DNA of 64,000 bases from an uncultured Lachnospiraceae bacterium. Lineage in GTDB: Bacteria > Bacillota > Clostridia > Lachnospirales > Lachnospiraceae. The translations under genes were made by a program, and so were the position numbers. Position 1 is the stretch's first letter, and every line of letters begins with the position of its first letter. Shown here in pieces: positions 38,834 to 48,674 of this stretch. Where the stretch lies: assembly GCA_905235275.1 (NCBI GenBank), contig CAJOLA010000002.1, positions 2,033-66,032 on the forward strand, read 5' to 3'. The notes below the pieces were generated by a model. It saw only the letters and a list, made by a program, of their open reading frames with translations, did no database searches and was not told the DNA's origin.

Positions 38834-38870
38834 CAAAAAAAGCAGGCATTCATATGAATGCCTGTTTTTT
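38834..38870. terminator. bidirectional intrinsic terminator (tRNA operon / hydrolase gene)
   Basis: An A7 run, the perfect palindrome CAGGCATTCATATGAATGCCTG, then a T6 run. Confidence 0.85.
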
Positions 38871-38873
38871 GAT

Positions 38874-39776
38874 TTATGCCCCTTCCATTTCCAGGATATC
38901 ATTAATGGCTTCATCAATCGCCCGTCTTCCTTCGACAGTCGGAAGAAGCGGGAAGTCGTGTCCGAGATTTTCACCGACGTAGATATTACAGTTTTTTCCT
39001 GCCTTTTTTAATTTGTCGTAAAATTGCGATATGTCGGGATAAAATATCTCTTCGGAACCCACGAAAAGGTCAACGTTATCGAGCCCGTTAACATCGCCGA
39101 ACATCGGACTGACCCTATAGTCACGCGTGTCGAGGTCTCCCGCCCAGTGAATGCCGTATCTTACAAGACCGGGGGGTGAGAGCATAATGTCTCTGTCAAC
39201 GAAATCATCCATTTCCGGATTGCTCATCGATACATCAAGCCAGGGCGAGAAAAGTATAAGCTTATCCGGGGTAGGGATATTCTCCGTTGCAAAATATTCA
39301 CTGAGGCTGAGCGCCAGTCCGCCACCTGCGGAATCACCCATTAAAATAAATTTTTTGTCCGGAAACCTTTTAAGCAATGAGTTGTAAACATCCTCAACAA
39401 ACTTAAAAGCATCATCATGATTGGCATAAGGCATAAGCTCATAGAGCGGTACTATCATGTGGCATTTCGTCTTATATGCAATACGATCAATCATTTTCCA
39501 GTGAAAAGCAGTTATCTCATCAACGAAAGCTCCTCCGTGCAAATAAATTATCACGGTATCGGAATCGGATGATTCGTTTAAATAATATACAGGCTGATTG
39601 TCCATATCCTTTTCCGTTATATCACATTTAAATCTGAGATATATAGGGAGGGAATACTGTGGTTTACTATGTTGTGATTTTTTATTTAAAAATTCTTCTA
39701 CCTCCTCGGGGCTTTTTTTTCTGTATCTTAATTGAACCAACTGTTCTACAAAGTTGGCCATTAATGACTTGCGCAT
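38874..39776 (-). CDS. alpha/beta hydrolase (hormone-sensitive-lipase-type esterase)
   Basis: Oxyanion motif HGGAF and nucleophile elbow GDSAGG. A C-terminal GHDF holds the catalytic His. Confidence 0.85.
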   Translation of the reverse strand: MRKSLMANFVEQLVQLRYRKKSPEEVEEFLNKKSQHSKPQYSLPIYLRFKCDITEKDMDNQPVYYLNESSDSDTVIIYLHGGAFVDEITAFHWKMIDRIAYKTKCHMIVPLYELMPYANHDDAFKFVEDVYNSLLKRFPDKKFILMGDSAGGGLALSLSEYFATENIPTPDKLILFSPWLDVSMSNPEMDDFVDRDIMLSPPGLVRYGIHWAGDLDTRDYRVSPMFGDVNGLDNVDLFVGSEEIFYPDISQFYDKLKKAGKNCNIYVGENLGHDFPLLPTVEGRRAIDEAINDILEMEGA

Positions 39777-39790
39777 AAAACTAACTCCAA

Positions 39791-40060
39791 TTAATCTTCT
39801 TCAATAACCTGAATTTCCATGTATTCAAAATCAACGCTTTCCATGAAATTATCCTTGCGGAAGCGTGTTTTTGAATGCGCCTTAAAATCCTTAATGTTGG
39901 CCTCAAGCCATATCGGCTCAGCCAGATCGAATTCGTAGCAGGCGTCTTTTACGGCATCAAATACCTTTCGCGTGCGATTTATATCATCGCCGTTTTCCAA
40001 TACGATATCTTTTTTCAGACGACCGTTGTCGTCATATAATTTACACCATAGTCGGAACAT
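39791..40060 (-). CDS. hypothetical small protein (89 aa)
   Basis: ORF with a GGAAGGAAG RBS before the ATG at 40060. The ORF-track start at 40075 is a TTG inside the RBS. I recognise no family. Confidence 0.45.
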   Translation of the reverse strand: MFRLWCKLYDDNGRLKKDIVLENGDDINRTRKVFDAVKDACYEFDLAEPIWLEANIKDFKAHSKTRFRKDNFMESVDFEYMEIQVIEED

Positions 40061-40210
40061 AAATCTTCCTTCCAAAACAAAGCCCTAAGCTTTGTCAAAA
40101 CATATTAACTCCTAACATATCAAAGAGGCGGGATAAAATCAAGTAAACAAAATGTAAAGAGTTTGACGGGGTTAAAATTTAGTGTTAGATTAAGTGAAAA
40201 GTAAATACAA

Positions 40211-40343
40211 ATGCAGGGGAGTCCGTGAGCGGGCTGAGAGGAAGTTATCAACTTCGACCCTTTAACCTGATTTGGGTAATGCCAACGTAGGAAGTCACAG
40301 AGAGTTTTTTTGATAAGGCGCTTCCGGCGTCTTATCTTTTTTT
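40211..40343 (+). promoter_or_regulatory. TPP riboswitch (THI element) with terminator expression platform
   Basis: The conserved THI-box segments GGGGAG..GCTGAGAGG..ACCCTTTAACCTGAT..GGGTAATGCC..AGGAAG are present. A GATAAGGCGC/GCGTCTTATC hairpin and T7 run follow at 40312-40343. Confidence 0.88.
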
Positions 40344-40372
40344 AAAATATATAAGGAAGAATCGGAGCAGAT

Positions 40373-41686
40373 ATGGAAAGAGAATTTACGACTCAAATGG
40401 ATGCCGCAAAACGCGGTATCATTACAAAAGAAATGGAAGCGGTCGCAAAAAAAGAATATATGGAGCCTGAGAAGCTTCGTGAACTTATCGCAAAGGGACA
40501 GGTAATCATTCCCGCAAATAAGAATCACACGGCGCTTGATCCGAACGGTATAGGGCATGCGCTTACAACAAAGATAAACGTAAACCTCGGAGCCTCAAGA
40601 GATGCCGAGGATTGGGAGGTCGAATATAAAAAAGTCGACATGGCGGTAAATTACGGTGCCGAAGCCATCATGGACCTAAGTTCATGCGGAGATACAAGCA
40701 GTTTCAGACGCCATATTGCGTCAAAGTGTCCGGCGATGCTTGGGACCGTGCCGATTTATGACGCACTTGTCTACTATAAGAAAGAATTAAAAAAGATAAC
40801 CGCAAAGGAATGGCTCGATGTCGTAAGACTTCACGCTGAGGACGGCGTTGATTTTCTGACAATTCATTGCGGAATCAACCGCGAGACGGTAAATAAGTTT
40901 AAGCGTAATAAGCGAAAGATGAATATAGTATCCAGAGGAGGATCCATCATTTATGCATGGATGGAAATGACGGGAAATGAGAATCCGTTTTTTGAATACT
41001 ACGACGAGCTTTTGGAAATTTGCCGTGAATATGACGTAACCATCAGCCTCGGAGATGCGTGCCGACCGGGATGTATCGATGACGCGTCGGATGCCGCACA
41101 GATTGAAGAACTTATGACGCTGGGAGAGCTTACGCTTCGCGCATGGGAAAAGGATGTCCAGGTAATGATAGAAGGTCCGGGGCATATGCCGATGAACCAG
41201 ATTGCGGCGAACATGGAAATCCAAAAAACGCTTTGCCACGGAGCTCCGTTTTACGTACTCGGACCTCTCGTTACCGACATAGCGCCCGGATATGACCACA
41301 TTACGTCAGCCATCGGAGGCGCCATGGCGGCATGGCAGGGAGCGGCATTTCTTTGCTATGTAACACCTGCCGAACATCTTCGCCTGCCTGACCTTGATGA
41401 TGTTAAAGAAGGCATCATGGCCTCCAAAATTGCGGCTCATGCGGCAGACATTGCGAAAGGACTTCCTCATGCGACAGATGCAGATAATGCCATGGCGGAT
41501 GCAAGGCAGGTCCTTGACTGGAACAGGCAGTTTGACATTGCAATCGATCCGGAGAAGGCAAGAGCCTACCGCGCATCCGCTGCCCCCGAGAAGGAAGATA
41601 CCTGCAGTATGTGCGGTAACTTCTGCTCAGTTAAGAATATGAATGCGATTCTTGACGGCGGTGAAGTAAAGATTTTCGGAGAGTAA
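40373..41686 (+). CDS. thiC: phosphomethylpyrimidine synthase ThiC
   Basis: 437 aa with conserved ThiC motifs ([20 protein letters not shown]) and a C-terminal CSMCGNFC cluster. Confidence 0.96.
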   Translation: MEREFTTQMDAAKRGIITKEMEAVAKKEYMEPEKLRELIAKGQVIIPANKNHTALDPNGIGHALTTKINVNLGASRDAEDWEVEYKKVDMAVNYGAEAIMDLSSCGDTSSFRRHIASKCPAMLGTVPIYDALVYYKKELKKITAKEWLDVVRLHAEDGVDFLTIHCGINRETVNKFKRNKRKMNIVSRGGSIIYAWMEMTGNENPFFEYYDELLEICREYDVTISLGDACRPGCIDDASDAAQIEELMTLGELTLRAWEKDVQVMIEGPGHMPMNQIAANMEIQKTLCHGAPFYVLGPLVTDIAPGYDHITSAIGGAMAAWQGAAFLCYVTPAEHLRLPDLDDVKEGIMASKIAAHAADIAKGLPHATDADNAMADARQVLDWNRQFDIAIDPEKARAYRASAAPEKEDTCSMCGNFCSVKNMNAILDGGEVKIFGE

Positions 41687-41713
41687 TTGGTGCTTTTTGC
41701 AAAGGAGATAAGT

Positions 41714-42514
41714 ATGAAGACATGTTTGACAATTGCCGGCAGCGACTCAAGCGGCGGCGCCGGAATCCAGGCGGATTTAAAGAGCTTCGGTGCCAATGGC
41801 GTCTTTGGCATGAGTGTAATTACGGCACTCACCGCCCAGAACACCCTCGGTGTCGACGACATTTTGGAAGTCCCGACCGACTTCATCAAAAAGCAGCTTG
41901 AAAGTGTTTTTTCGGACATTGTTCCCGATGCCGTTAAAACGGGAATGTTTGCCGGTGCCGATGCCGTATCGGTTACTGCCGATTTCTTAAATGAAAGAAA
42001 TGTAAAAAATCTGGTGGTTGACCCTGTTATGGTATCCACATCCGGCAGCAGTCTTACATGTGAGGAAAGCATAACGGTTATGAAGAAAAAGCTGCTTCCG
42101 ATTGCAGGCATCATAACTCCCAACATCCCTGAAGCCGAAAAGCTCACGGGAAATACGATAACCACAGAAGAAGATATCTTAAAGGCAGGCAAAGCTCTGA
42201 GGGAAAACTTTGGGTGCGCCGTCCTTATCAAGGGGGGTCATTTCGAGGCGGATACGGAAAACTGCACGGATATATTGTTTACCGATGAGGAAAAGCCGAT
42301 TTATTTTTCTTCGAAAAGAATTGCAAATGAAAATACACACGGTACCGGCTGTACTATGTCGAGCGCGATTGCGGCGGGGCTTGCCAACGGCATGAACATG
42401 AAAACCGCCGTTCACCGGGCAAAGATCTATGTGTTTGGCGCAATTAAAGACGGCCTTGACTTAGGGAAGGGCAAGGGACCGCTAAACCACTTTTATTTTA
42501 CGAAAGGAAGATGA
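41714..42514 (+). CDS. thiD: hydroxymethylpyrimidine/phosphomethylpyrimidine kinase ThiD
   Basis: [20 protein letters not shown] and [12 protein letters not shown] motifs. The ATG at 41714 follows AAGGAG. Confidence 0.94.
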   Translation: MKTCLTIAGSDSSGGAGIQADLKSFGANGVFGMSVITALTAQNTLGVDDILEVPTDFIKKQLESVFSDIVPDAVKTGMFAGADAVSVTADFLNERNVKNLVVDPVMVSTSGSSLTCEESITVMKKKLLPIAGIITPNIPEAEKLTGNTITTEEDILKAGKALRENFGCAVLIKGGHFEADTENCTDILFTDEEKPIYFSSKRIANENTHGTGCTMSSAIAAGLANGMNMKTAVHRAKIYVFGAIKDGLDLGKGKGPLNHFYFTKGR

Positions 42515-42717
42515 CCATGAATATCAGATTAAACGGACAGGATGAAGAATTTAAAGACGGGGCAACACTTATTGACATCCTTAAGGAAAAAGACATAAAT
42601 CCCGAGACGATAATTGCCGAGGTTGACGAGGTGATACTTAAGCCTGAAGAATTTGAAGGGTGTAAGTTAAATGACGGCAGTGTCGTTGAGATATTAAGAT
42701 TTGTAGGTGGTGGCTGA
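42511..42717 (+). CDS. thiS: sulfur carrier protein ThiS
   Basis: 68 aa with a ubiquitin-like fold pattern, ending in GG. It overlaps the thiD stop. Confidence 0.88.
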   Translation: MTMNIRLNGQDEEFKDGATLIDILKEKDINPETIIAEVDEVILKPEEFEGCKLNDGSVVEILRFVGGG

Positions 42718-42721
42718 TATT

Positions 42722-43495
42722 ATGAGTAATGACGAATTGATTATAAACGGGACGCCGGTAAAGAGCCGTCTGTTTCTTGGGACAGGAAAGTTCGGTGACG
42801 ACAGCCTTATCCCGAAATGCATAGAAGCGGGAGGCGTTCAGGTGGTAACGGTCGCACTTCGCAGGGTGGACTTTAATTCCGATACCGACAATCTCATAAG
42901 ACACATTCCCGAAAGCTGCATACTCATGCCTAACACTCACGGCGCAAGAAATGCCGAAGAAGCGGTAAGGATGGCAAGACTTGCAAGAGCCGCCGGTTGC
43001 GGTGACTGGGTTAAGATCGAGGTTGTATCCGACAACAAATACCTTTTGCCGGATAACGAAGAGACACTTAAGGCAACGGAGATTCTTGTAAAAGACGGAT
43101 TTACCGTTATGCCGTACATGAGCCCCGACCTTTATGCGGCCCGTCGAATGAGAGATGCGGGAGCATCATCGGTTATGCCGCTCGGTGCTCCGATCGGAAC
43201 CAATAAAGGATTAAAAACAAAAGAACTCGTAAGCATATTGTGCGAGGAAATGGATATTCCGGTCGTTGTGGATGCCGGAATCGGAAAGCCGTCGGAGGCG
43301 GCAGAGTGTATGGAGACGGGTGCCGCCGCGGTTCTTATCAATACGGCGATAGCTACGGCAGGAGACCCCGTTCGCATGACAAAGGCGTTCGCGATGGCGG
43401 TTGAGGCAGGAAGAGACGCATATCTTTCGGGACCTGCCGCCGTTAGGGATACGGCTTCCCGTTCAACGCCTCTTACGGGATTTTTGAGGGACTGA
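42722..43495 (+). CDS. thiG: thiazole synthase ThiG
   Basis: [16 protein letters not shown] and MPLGAPIG motifs. ATG at 42722 (ORF-track GTG at 42707 is possible). Confidence 0.94.
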   Translation: MSNDELIINGTPVKSRLFLGTGKFGDDSLIPKCIEAGGVQVVTVALRRVDFNSDTDNLIRHIPESCILMPNTHGARNAEEAVRMARLARAAGCGDWVKIEVVSDNKYLLPDNEETLKATEILVKDGFTVMPYMSPDLYAARRMRDAGASSVMPLGAPIGTNKGLKTKELVSILCEEMDIPVVVDAGIGKPSEAAECMETGAAAVLINTAIATAGDPVRMTKAFAMAVEAGRDAYLSGPAAVRDTASRSTPLTGFLRD

Positions 43496-43496
43496 C

Positions 43497-44609
43497 ATGG
43501 GATTTTATGAAACATACAAAAAATTTAAAAGCTATGATTTCGAATCATTCTTTGAAAATACAACCAAAGATGATGTATTGCGTGTCATTGAAAAAGGTTC
43601 AAAGACACCTGAGGATTTTTTGACGCTTCTTTCACCTGCAGGTCAGGACGCGGATGTGCTTGAGACGATGGCAAAAAAGTCAAACGAATTGACGGAGAGT
43701 TTTTTCGGGAAGACGATAACTCTTTTTACGCCGTTGTATCTCTCAAATGTATGTGATAACGGATGTCTTTACTGCGGATTTAACAAAAATAATCCGGTGC
43801 GCCGCGGCATTTTGTCCCTTGAAGAAGTCGAAAGAGAAGGCAAGGCGATAAATGAGAGCGGTATAAGACACATCATTATCCTTACCGGTGAGAACAGGAA
43901 AGCAACGCCGCCGGAATACATTGCAGACTGCGCAAAAATCTTAAGGAAATACGTCGACTCGATTATCATTGAGGTTTATTCGATGAGTGCCGAAGAATAT
44001 GCCATGCTCTACAATGCGGGAGTTGACGGGTTTACGATGTTTCAGGAGACATATAACGAGGACATGTTCCCGGGTCTTCATCCGATAGGCGAGAAGGGTA
44101 ATTACAAAAAAAGACTCGACAGCCCCGAGCTTGCCTGCATGGCGCATTACAACACGGTAAATATCGGGGCGCTTCTGGGGCTTGATGACTGGCGCAAGGA
44201 TACATTCTTTACCGGGCTGCATGCGAAGTATCTTCAGGATAAATATCCGGGAAGCGATATAGCCGTTTCGCTTCCGAGAATTTGCGAGCACGAAGGGATT
44301 ACGGAATTCGAAGCGACCTGTAGCGTAAAAGACATTGATCTCGTGCAGGCGATGTGTGCGTACAGAGTGTTTTTACCAAGACTCGGAATTACCGTTTCCA
44401 CGAGGGAGCCTGCGCAATTAAGAGATAAGCTTATAGGACTCGGAGTTACGAAAATGAGTGCGGGTTCGGTAACGGAAGTGGGCGGCCATGCACAGGAGGC
44501 AAAAAGCGACGGACAGTTTGAGATAACGGACACAAGATCTGTAAAAGAGATGGAAGAGGCGATACGCGGCAGGGGATATCAGCCGGTATTTAAAGACTGG
44601 TACAAGTAG
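43497..44609 (+). CDS. thiH: 2-iminoacetate synthase ThiH (radical SAM tyrosine lyase)
   Basis: Radical SAM motif CDNGCLYCGF, about 370 aa, and thi operon context. Confidence 0.9.
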   Translation: MGFYETYKKFKSYDFESFFENTTKDDVLRVIEKGSKTPEDFLTLLSPAGQDADVLETMAKKSNELTESFFGKTITLFTPLYLSNVCDNGCLYCGFNKNNPVRRGILSLEEVEREGKAINESGIRHIIILTGENRKATPPEYIADCAKILRKYVDSIIIEVYSMSAEEYAMLYNAGVDGFTMFQETYNEDMFPGLHPIGEKGNYKKRLDSPELACMAHYNTVNIGALLGLDDWRKDTFFTGLHAKYLQDKYPGSDIAVSLPRICEHEGITEFEATCSVKDIDLVQAMCAYRVFLPRLGITVSTREPAQLRDKLIGLGVTKMSAGSVTEVGGHAQEAKSDGQFEITDTRSVKEMEEAIRGRGYQPVFKDWYK

Positions 44610-44620
44610 GGAGAATAAAA

Positions 44621-45232
44621 ATGAATGAATTTGAAAAAGCGGTGCTCGGGTATTTTACGCCTGAACAGGCACAAAAAATACAAAGCACGAAGGTTTTCAT
44701 AGCAGGATGCGGCGGGCTCGGATCTAATGTTGCTCACATGCTTGTGCGATGCGGATTTAAAAATTTTGCATTACTCGACTTTGATATTTTGGAAATGAAA
44801 AATTTAAACAGGCAGTTTTATTTTCCGGACCAGGTCGGCAGTCCCAAAAATGAAGAGCTTGCCAAAACGCTCCTCAGATTAAATCCGGATCTAAATCTTG
44901 AACTGATATCAAGAAAGCTGCAGTCACAGGAGGAAGTAAAAGAGCTTGTACAAGGCTTTGATATTTTGGTTGAGGCATTCGATAATCCAAAAAGCAAGTC
45001 GGTATTTGTTAACGGGGCGGTACCGCTTGGGAAACCCGTAATTGCCGTTTCGGGAATAGCGGGCTTTAAAGACCCCGACAGTATAGTGACCAAAAAGATA
45101 GGAGATAATCTTTATCTTATCGGGGACGGAGTAAGCGATATAAAAGAAGTGCCGCCCCTTTCACCGAGAGTAAATGTTGCGGCAGCCAAGCAGGCCGGAA
45201 AGGTGCTTGAGCTGACGCTTGAAAACAGTTGA
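44621..45232 (+). CDS. thiF: ThiS adenylyltransferase ThiF (short form)
   Basis: Nucleotide-binding GCGGLGSNVA and the ThiF/MoeB fold. Last gene of the thi operon. Confidence 0.85.
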   Translation: MNEFEKAVLGYFTPEQAQKIQSTKVFIAGCGGLGSNVAHMLVRCGFKNFALLDFDILEMKNLNRQFYFPDQVGSPKNEELAKTLLRLNPDLNLELISRKLQSQEEVKELVQGFDILVEAFDNPKSKSVFVNGAVPLGKPVIAVSGIAGFKDPDSIVTKKIGDNLYLIGDGVSDIKEVPPLSPRVNVAAAKQAGKVLELTLENS

Positions 45233-45241
45233 TTTAGTTGG

Positions 45242-45312
45242 AATTTGTCAACCCGTGGATGGGGGGAAACCCCCTCTGGGGAACCCCCAGAGGGGGTTGA
45301 CAAATTTTTTTT
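45242..45312 (+). terminator. GC-rich intrinsic terminator after thiF
   Basis: Inner 12-bp stem CCCCCTCTGGGG/CCCCAGAGGGGG (45270-45296) lies inside outer arms AATTTGTCAACC/GGTTGACAAATT, followed by a T8 run. Confidence 0.8.
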
Positions 45313-45324
45313 GCGTGATAATAT
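45297..45324 (+). promoter_or_regulatory. promoter of the metal-resistance operon (TTGACA-16-TGaTAATAT)
   Basis: TTGACA at 45297-45302 is formed by the 3' arm of the terminator. The extended -10 TG-a-TAATAT lies at 45316-45324. Confidence 0.6.
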
Positions 45325-45327
45325 GAA

Positions 45328-45349
45328 CATATGAATAGATATTCATATG
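45328..45349. promoter_or_regulatory. perfect 10-2-10 inverted repeat, candidate ArsR/SmtB operator
   Basis: CATATGAATA-GA-TATTCATATG lies immediately downstream of the -10 and 14 nt before the arsR-like start codon. Confidence 0.65.
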
Positions 45350-45362
45350 GAAGGAGGAAAAA

Positions 45363-45650
45363 ATGGACGACAAGAAGTCACAGGCGATTGCCGACGCGTT
45401 TAAGGTCTTTGGAGACAAGACCCGCATAAGGATTCTTTTCAGTCTCCAAGACAAGGAAAAATGTGTCGAAGAGATTTCAGAAGAACTCGGCATGGAGCAG
45501 TCGGCCATATCACATCAGCTGAGGATACTAAAGGATGCACGTCTTATCCGGCTCAGAAAAGAGGGCAGGTATTCCTTTTACTCCCTGGAGGATGAACATG
45601 TAAGCATCATCTTAAAGATGGGCATGGAACACGCAAGCGAAAATATGTAA
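45363..45650 (+). CDS. ArsR/SmtB family metalloregulator
   Basis: 95 aa with a winged HTH (FKVFGDKTRIRILFSL...SAISHQLRILKDARLI). Confidence 0.88.
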   Translation: MDDKKSQAIADAFKVFGDKTRIRILFSLQDKEKCVEEISEELGMEQSAISHQLRILKDARLIRLRKEGRYSFYSLEDEHVSIILKMGMEHASENM

Positions 45651-45678
45651 ACAAATATAAGGAAGAAAGGGATTAATC

Positions 45679-45900
45679 ATGAAGTATAAGTATGAATTAA
45701 GTGAAGTTGATTGCGCTAATTGCGCGGCTAAGATGGAAGAGGCTATTGCAAAGATTGACGGAGTGGAAGAAGCAACCATTAATTTTATGGCACAAAAGCT
45801 TATTTTGGTAGCAGATGAGAACAGAATAGATGAGATTCTTCAGGAAGCGCAGAAAAGAATTTCAAAAATTGAGAAGGATTGTGAAATCATAATTAAGTAA
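45679..45900 (+). CDS. heavy-metal-associated (HMA) domain metallochaperone
   Basis: 73 aa with the CANCAAKME CxxC motif in a ferredoxin-like HMA fold. Confidence 0.85.
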   Translation: MKYKYELSEVDCANCAAKMEEAIAKIDGVEEATINFMAQKLILVADENRIDEILQEAQKRISKIEKDCEIIIK

Positions 45901-45912
45901 AAGGAGACTTAT

Positions 45913-47811
45913 ATGACTAAATCACAAAAAAAGGATCTTATAAGAATTATAGTTGTGGGCTGTATGCTTGCTGCTTTAATGATTCTTTTTCATACGGGTG
46001 TGATACCGGAGCTTCCCGAAGGTGGATATAATTTTCTGGGGCTCGGACTGTTTATGGTTCCTTATATCATAATCGCGTATGAAGTGATTGCCAAAGCTGC
46101 AAGAAACATTTCACACGGCCAGGTTTTCGATGAGAATTTCCTGATGCTTGTTGCCACGATTGGTGCTTTTGTGGTGGGCGAGTTTGAAGAGGGCGTTGCC
46201 GTTATGCTCTTTTACCAGGTCGGCGAGCTGTTTGAGAGCATTGCGGTCGGCAAATCCCGTCAGTCCATAAAGGAACTGATGGACATTGCACCCGAATATG
46301 CCAATATCGAGGTGGACGGTAAGATTGAGCAGGTCGACCCGGACGATGTTGGGATCGGTTCCGTTATAATCGTGCGTCCCGGTGAAAAGATTCCGCTTGA
46401 CGGCATCGTAATCAGCGGTGAGTCAAGAGTTGATACGTCATCTCTTACGGGTGAATCGGTTCCCCGTACCGTAAAAGAAGGTGACGAGGTTATAAGCGGA
46501 TGTGTAAATGAAAATATGACGCTTACCGTAAAGACAACAAAGGAATTCGAGGATTCAACCGTATCCAAGATACTTGAGCTTGTTGAAAATGCAGGAAGCA
46601 AAAAAACAAAGACCGAGAAATTCATCTCGAAATTTGCCAAGTACTATACACCTATTGTGGTATTTGCCGCACTGGCAGTATTTATTATTCCGGGTTGCAT
46701 AACGGGAGACTGGTTTATGTGGCTTGAGAGAGCATGTACGTTTCTTGTCGTATCATGCCCCTGTGCGCTGGTTATATCGGTGCCCATGGGATTCTTTGCC
46801 GGAATCGGTGTCGCATCCAGGATGGGAATTCTTATCAAGGGAAGCAACTACCTTGAGTCTGCGGCCGAATTAAAGACAATGGTCTTTGATAAGACCGGAA
46901 CGCTTACGCAGGGAGTGTTTGAGATAACTGAGGTTGCTCCCGCCGAAGGGGTTACCGAAAATGAGTTGCTCGAAACTGCGGCTTACGCCGAACAGATGTC
47001 GACTCATCCGATAGCCGAGGTCATTAAGCAAAGATATGCCGAAATCGGAGGAGAGACGAATCTTGATCAGTTAAGGGATGTTCAGGAGATTTCCGGACAC
47101 GGCGTGGAAGCTTATCTGCGTGATGAGATGATAATGGCGGGCAATCATAAGCTTATGGTAAAAAACGGAATTGATGTAATGGAACAGGTATCAGTCGGAA
47201 CCATCTGCTATGTTGCCAAAGCCGGAAAATATCTCGGTCATATCATTATATCCGATGTCGTAAAGGAAGAAGCAAAGGAAGCGATTGCAAATCTTAAAAA
47301 AGAAGGCGTTGCTCAAACCGTTATGCTTACCGGTGACAGAAAAGCGGTAGGTGAAGCCGTTGCAAAAGAACTCGGTCTTGATGATGTATATACGGATCTG
47401 CTTCCTTCCGACAAGGTTGAAAAGGTCGAAGAGCTTCTTAAGGATGACAGCAAAAGAAAGCTTGGCTTTGTCGGCGACGGAATTAACGACGCACCGGTGC
47501 TTGCCGAGTCTGACATAGGATTTGCGATGGGAGCCATAGGCTCCGATGCCGCAATAGAAGCGGCCGACATTGTCATTATGGATGATGACGTAAGAAAGAT
47601 TGCGACTACGGCCCGCATTTCAAAATATACGCTTGGCATTGTGAAGCAAAATATTACATTTGCGCTGGTGGTTAAGATTGGAATAATAATACTCAGCGCA
47701 TTCGGTCTTACAAATATGTGGGTTGCCGTATTCGGTGATGTGGGGGTTGCCGTTATTTGTATTTTGAATTCCATGAGAATTTTAAGAAAGAAGAATGGAT
47801 TTTTAAAATAA
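45913..47811 (+). CDS. heavy metal translocating P1B-type ATPase (Cd/Zn/Co-type, no fused N-terminal HMA domain)
   Basis: CPC motif (SCPCALVIS), phosphorylation site DKTGTLT, TGES, and GDGINDAP hinge. Confidence 0.92.
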   Translation: MTKSQKKDLIRIIVVGCMLAALMILFHTGVIPELPEGGYNFLGLGLFMVPYIIIAYEVIAKAARNISHGQVFDENFLMLVATIGAFVVGEFEEGVAVMLFYQVGELFESIAVGKSRQSIKELMDIAPEYANIEVDGKIEQVDPDDVGIGSVIIVRPGEKIPLDGIVISGESRVDTSSLTGESVPRTVKEGDEVISGCVNENMTLTVKTTKEFEDSTVSKILELVENAGSKKTKTEKFISKFAKYYTPIVVFAALAVFIIPGCITGDWFMWLERACTFLVVSCPCALVISVPMGFFAGIGVASRMGILIKGSNYLESAAELKTMVFDKTGTLTQGVFEITEVAPAEGVTENELLETAAYAEQMSTHPIAEVIKQRYAEIGGETNLDQLRDVQEISGHGVEAYLRDEMIMAGNHKLMVKNGIDVMEQVSVGTICYVAKAGKYLGHIIISDVVKEEAKEAIANLKKEGVAQTVMLTGDRKAVGEAVAKELGLDDVYTDLLPSDKVEKVEELLKDDSKRKLGFVGDGINDAPVLAESDIGFAMGAIGSDAAIEAADIVIMDDDVRKIATTARISKYTLGIVKQNITFALVVKIGIIILSAFGLTNMWVAVFGDVGVAVICILNSMRILRKKNGFLK

Positions 47812-47927
47812 AAACTGTTATACTCAAGGTGACACAGGAGTTATATTTTTACCTTTTTTCCAAAATGATGTTGTGTGTTTACTTTTGGGCAGGTAACACT
47901 TTCCTGTCGTAACCGGAGGATGAGACT

Positions 47928-48488
47928 ATGGCAGATTCTACAATTACAAAAAAAGCAATAGCGGAAAGCCTGAAAAAGATAATGAAGGAGAAACCCTTCG
48001 ATAAGATATCCGTTGCAGAGATTTGTGATGACTGCGGACTTACCCGAAAAAGCTTTTATTATCATTTCAAGGACAAGTACGATCTCGTAAGCTGGATATT
48101 CGATTATGAATTCCTTGGCAAAAAGGAACGTATCATCGGATATGACATGGTTTGGTTTTTTGATGATATGTTTAAATATCTCAGCGATAACAGGTCATTT
48201 TACAAGAAGCTTTTTGATTCTGACGGACAGAACAGCTTTCACGATACGTTCGTGCAGGGAATCAGTCCGATAGCAGAGGGCATTTGCGGGAGCGTCCTGC
48301 CGGATGTGCCGGAGGCATTGTCTAAGTGTTATGTGGATTTCTTCTGTGAGGGTCTTGCGGCTGCCGTTAAGCGTTGGCTTAACAGCGGAGTAAGCGGTGA
48401 GGAGTTTATAGAAGCCACTCATCAGGCAGTTAATGAGACGGTTACGTTCGTTATCGGATGTCAGCTTGAATTCACGCAAACGCAATGA
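47928..48488 (+). CDS. TetR/AcrR family transcriptional regulator (DhaS-like)
   Basis: N-terminal HTH ITKKAIAESLKKIMKEKPFDKISVAEICDDCGLTRKSFYYHFKDKYDL. Confidence 0.88.
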   Translation: MADSTITKKAIAESLKKIMKEKPFDKISVAEICDDCGLTRKSFYYHFKDKYDLVSWIFDYEFLGKKERIIGYDMVWFFDDMFKYLSDNRSFYKKLFDSDGQNSFHDTFVQGISPIAEGICGSVLPDVPEALSKCYVDFFCEGLAAAVKRWLNSGVSGEEFIEATHQAVNETVTFVIGCQLEFTQTQ

Positions 48489-48529
48489 TTTGATGGGTTC
48501 TGTTTAAGAAATACTATATATAGTGAGTG

Positions 48530-48566
48530 CGCACGGGTAACAAAACAGCCCGTGCGTTTACTTTTT
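48530..48566 (+). terminator. intrinsic terminator after the TetR gene
   Basis: 8-bp stem CGCACGGG/CCCGTGCG, followed by the tail TTTACTTTTT. Confidence 0.55.
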
Positions 48567-48674
48567 AGACATACAATATCCCGTGTCTAATGTAATATTT
48601 TAAATGAGACTCTATTATAATGTGCGGAAACGTAAAAGAAAGAAATTTTTTAATAAAAACGGAGGTTACGGACA

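Noticed and set aside
41566-42231. A 221-aa minus-strand ORF. Other long antisense ORFs include 18127-18606, 20928-21407, 40787-41299, 47313-47774 and 54584-55054.
   Set aside because: Each lies entirely antisense to a confidently identified conserved gene (thiC/thiD, rpoA, ecfT, thiC, the P-type ATPase, ftsL). Their compositions are low-complexity, Ser/Ile/Phe-rich, which is typical of shadow ORFs.
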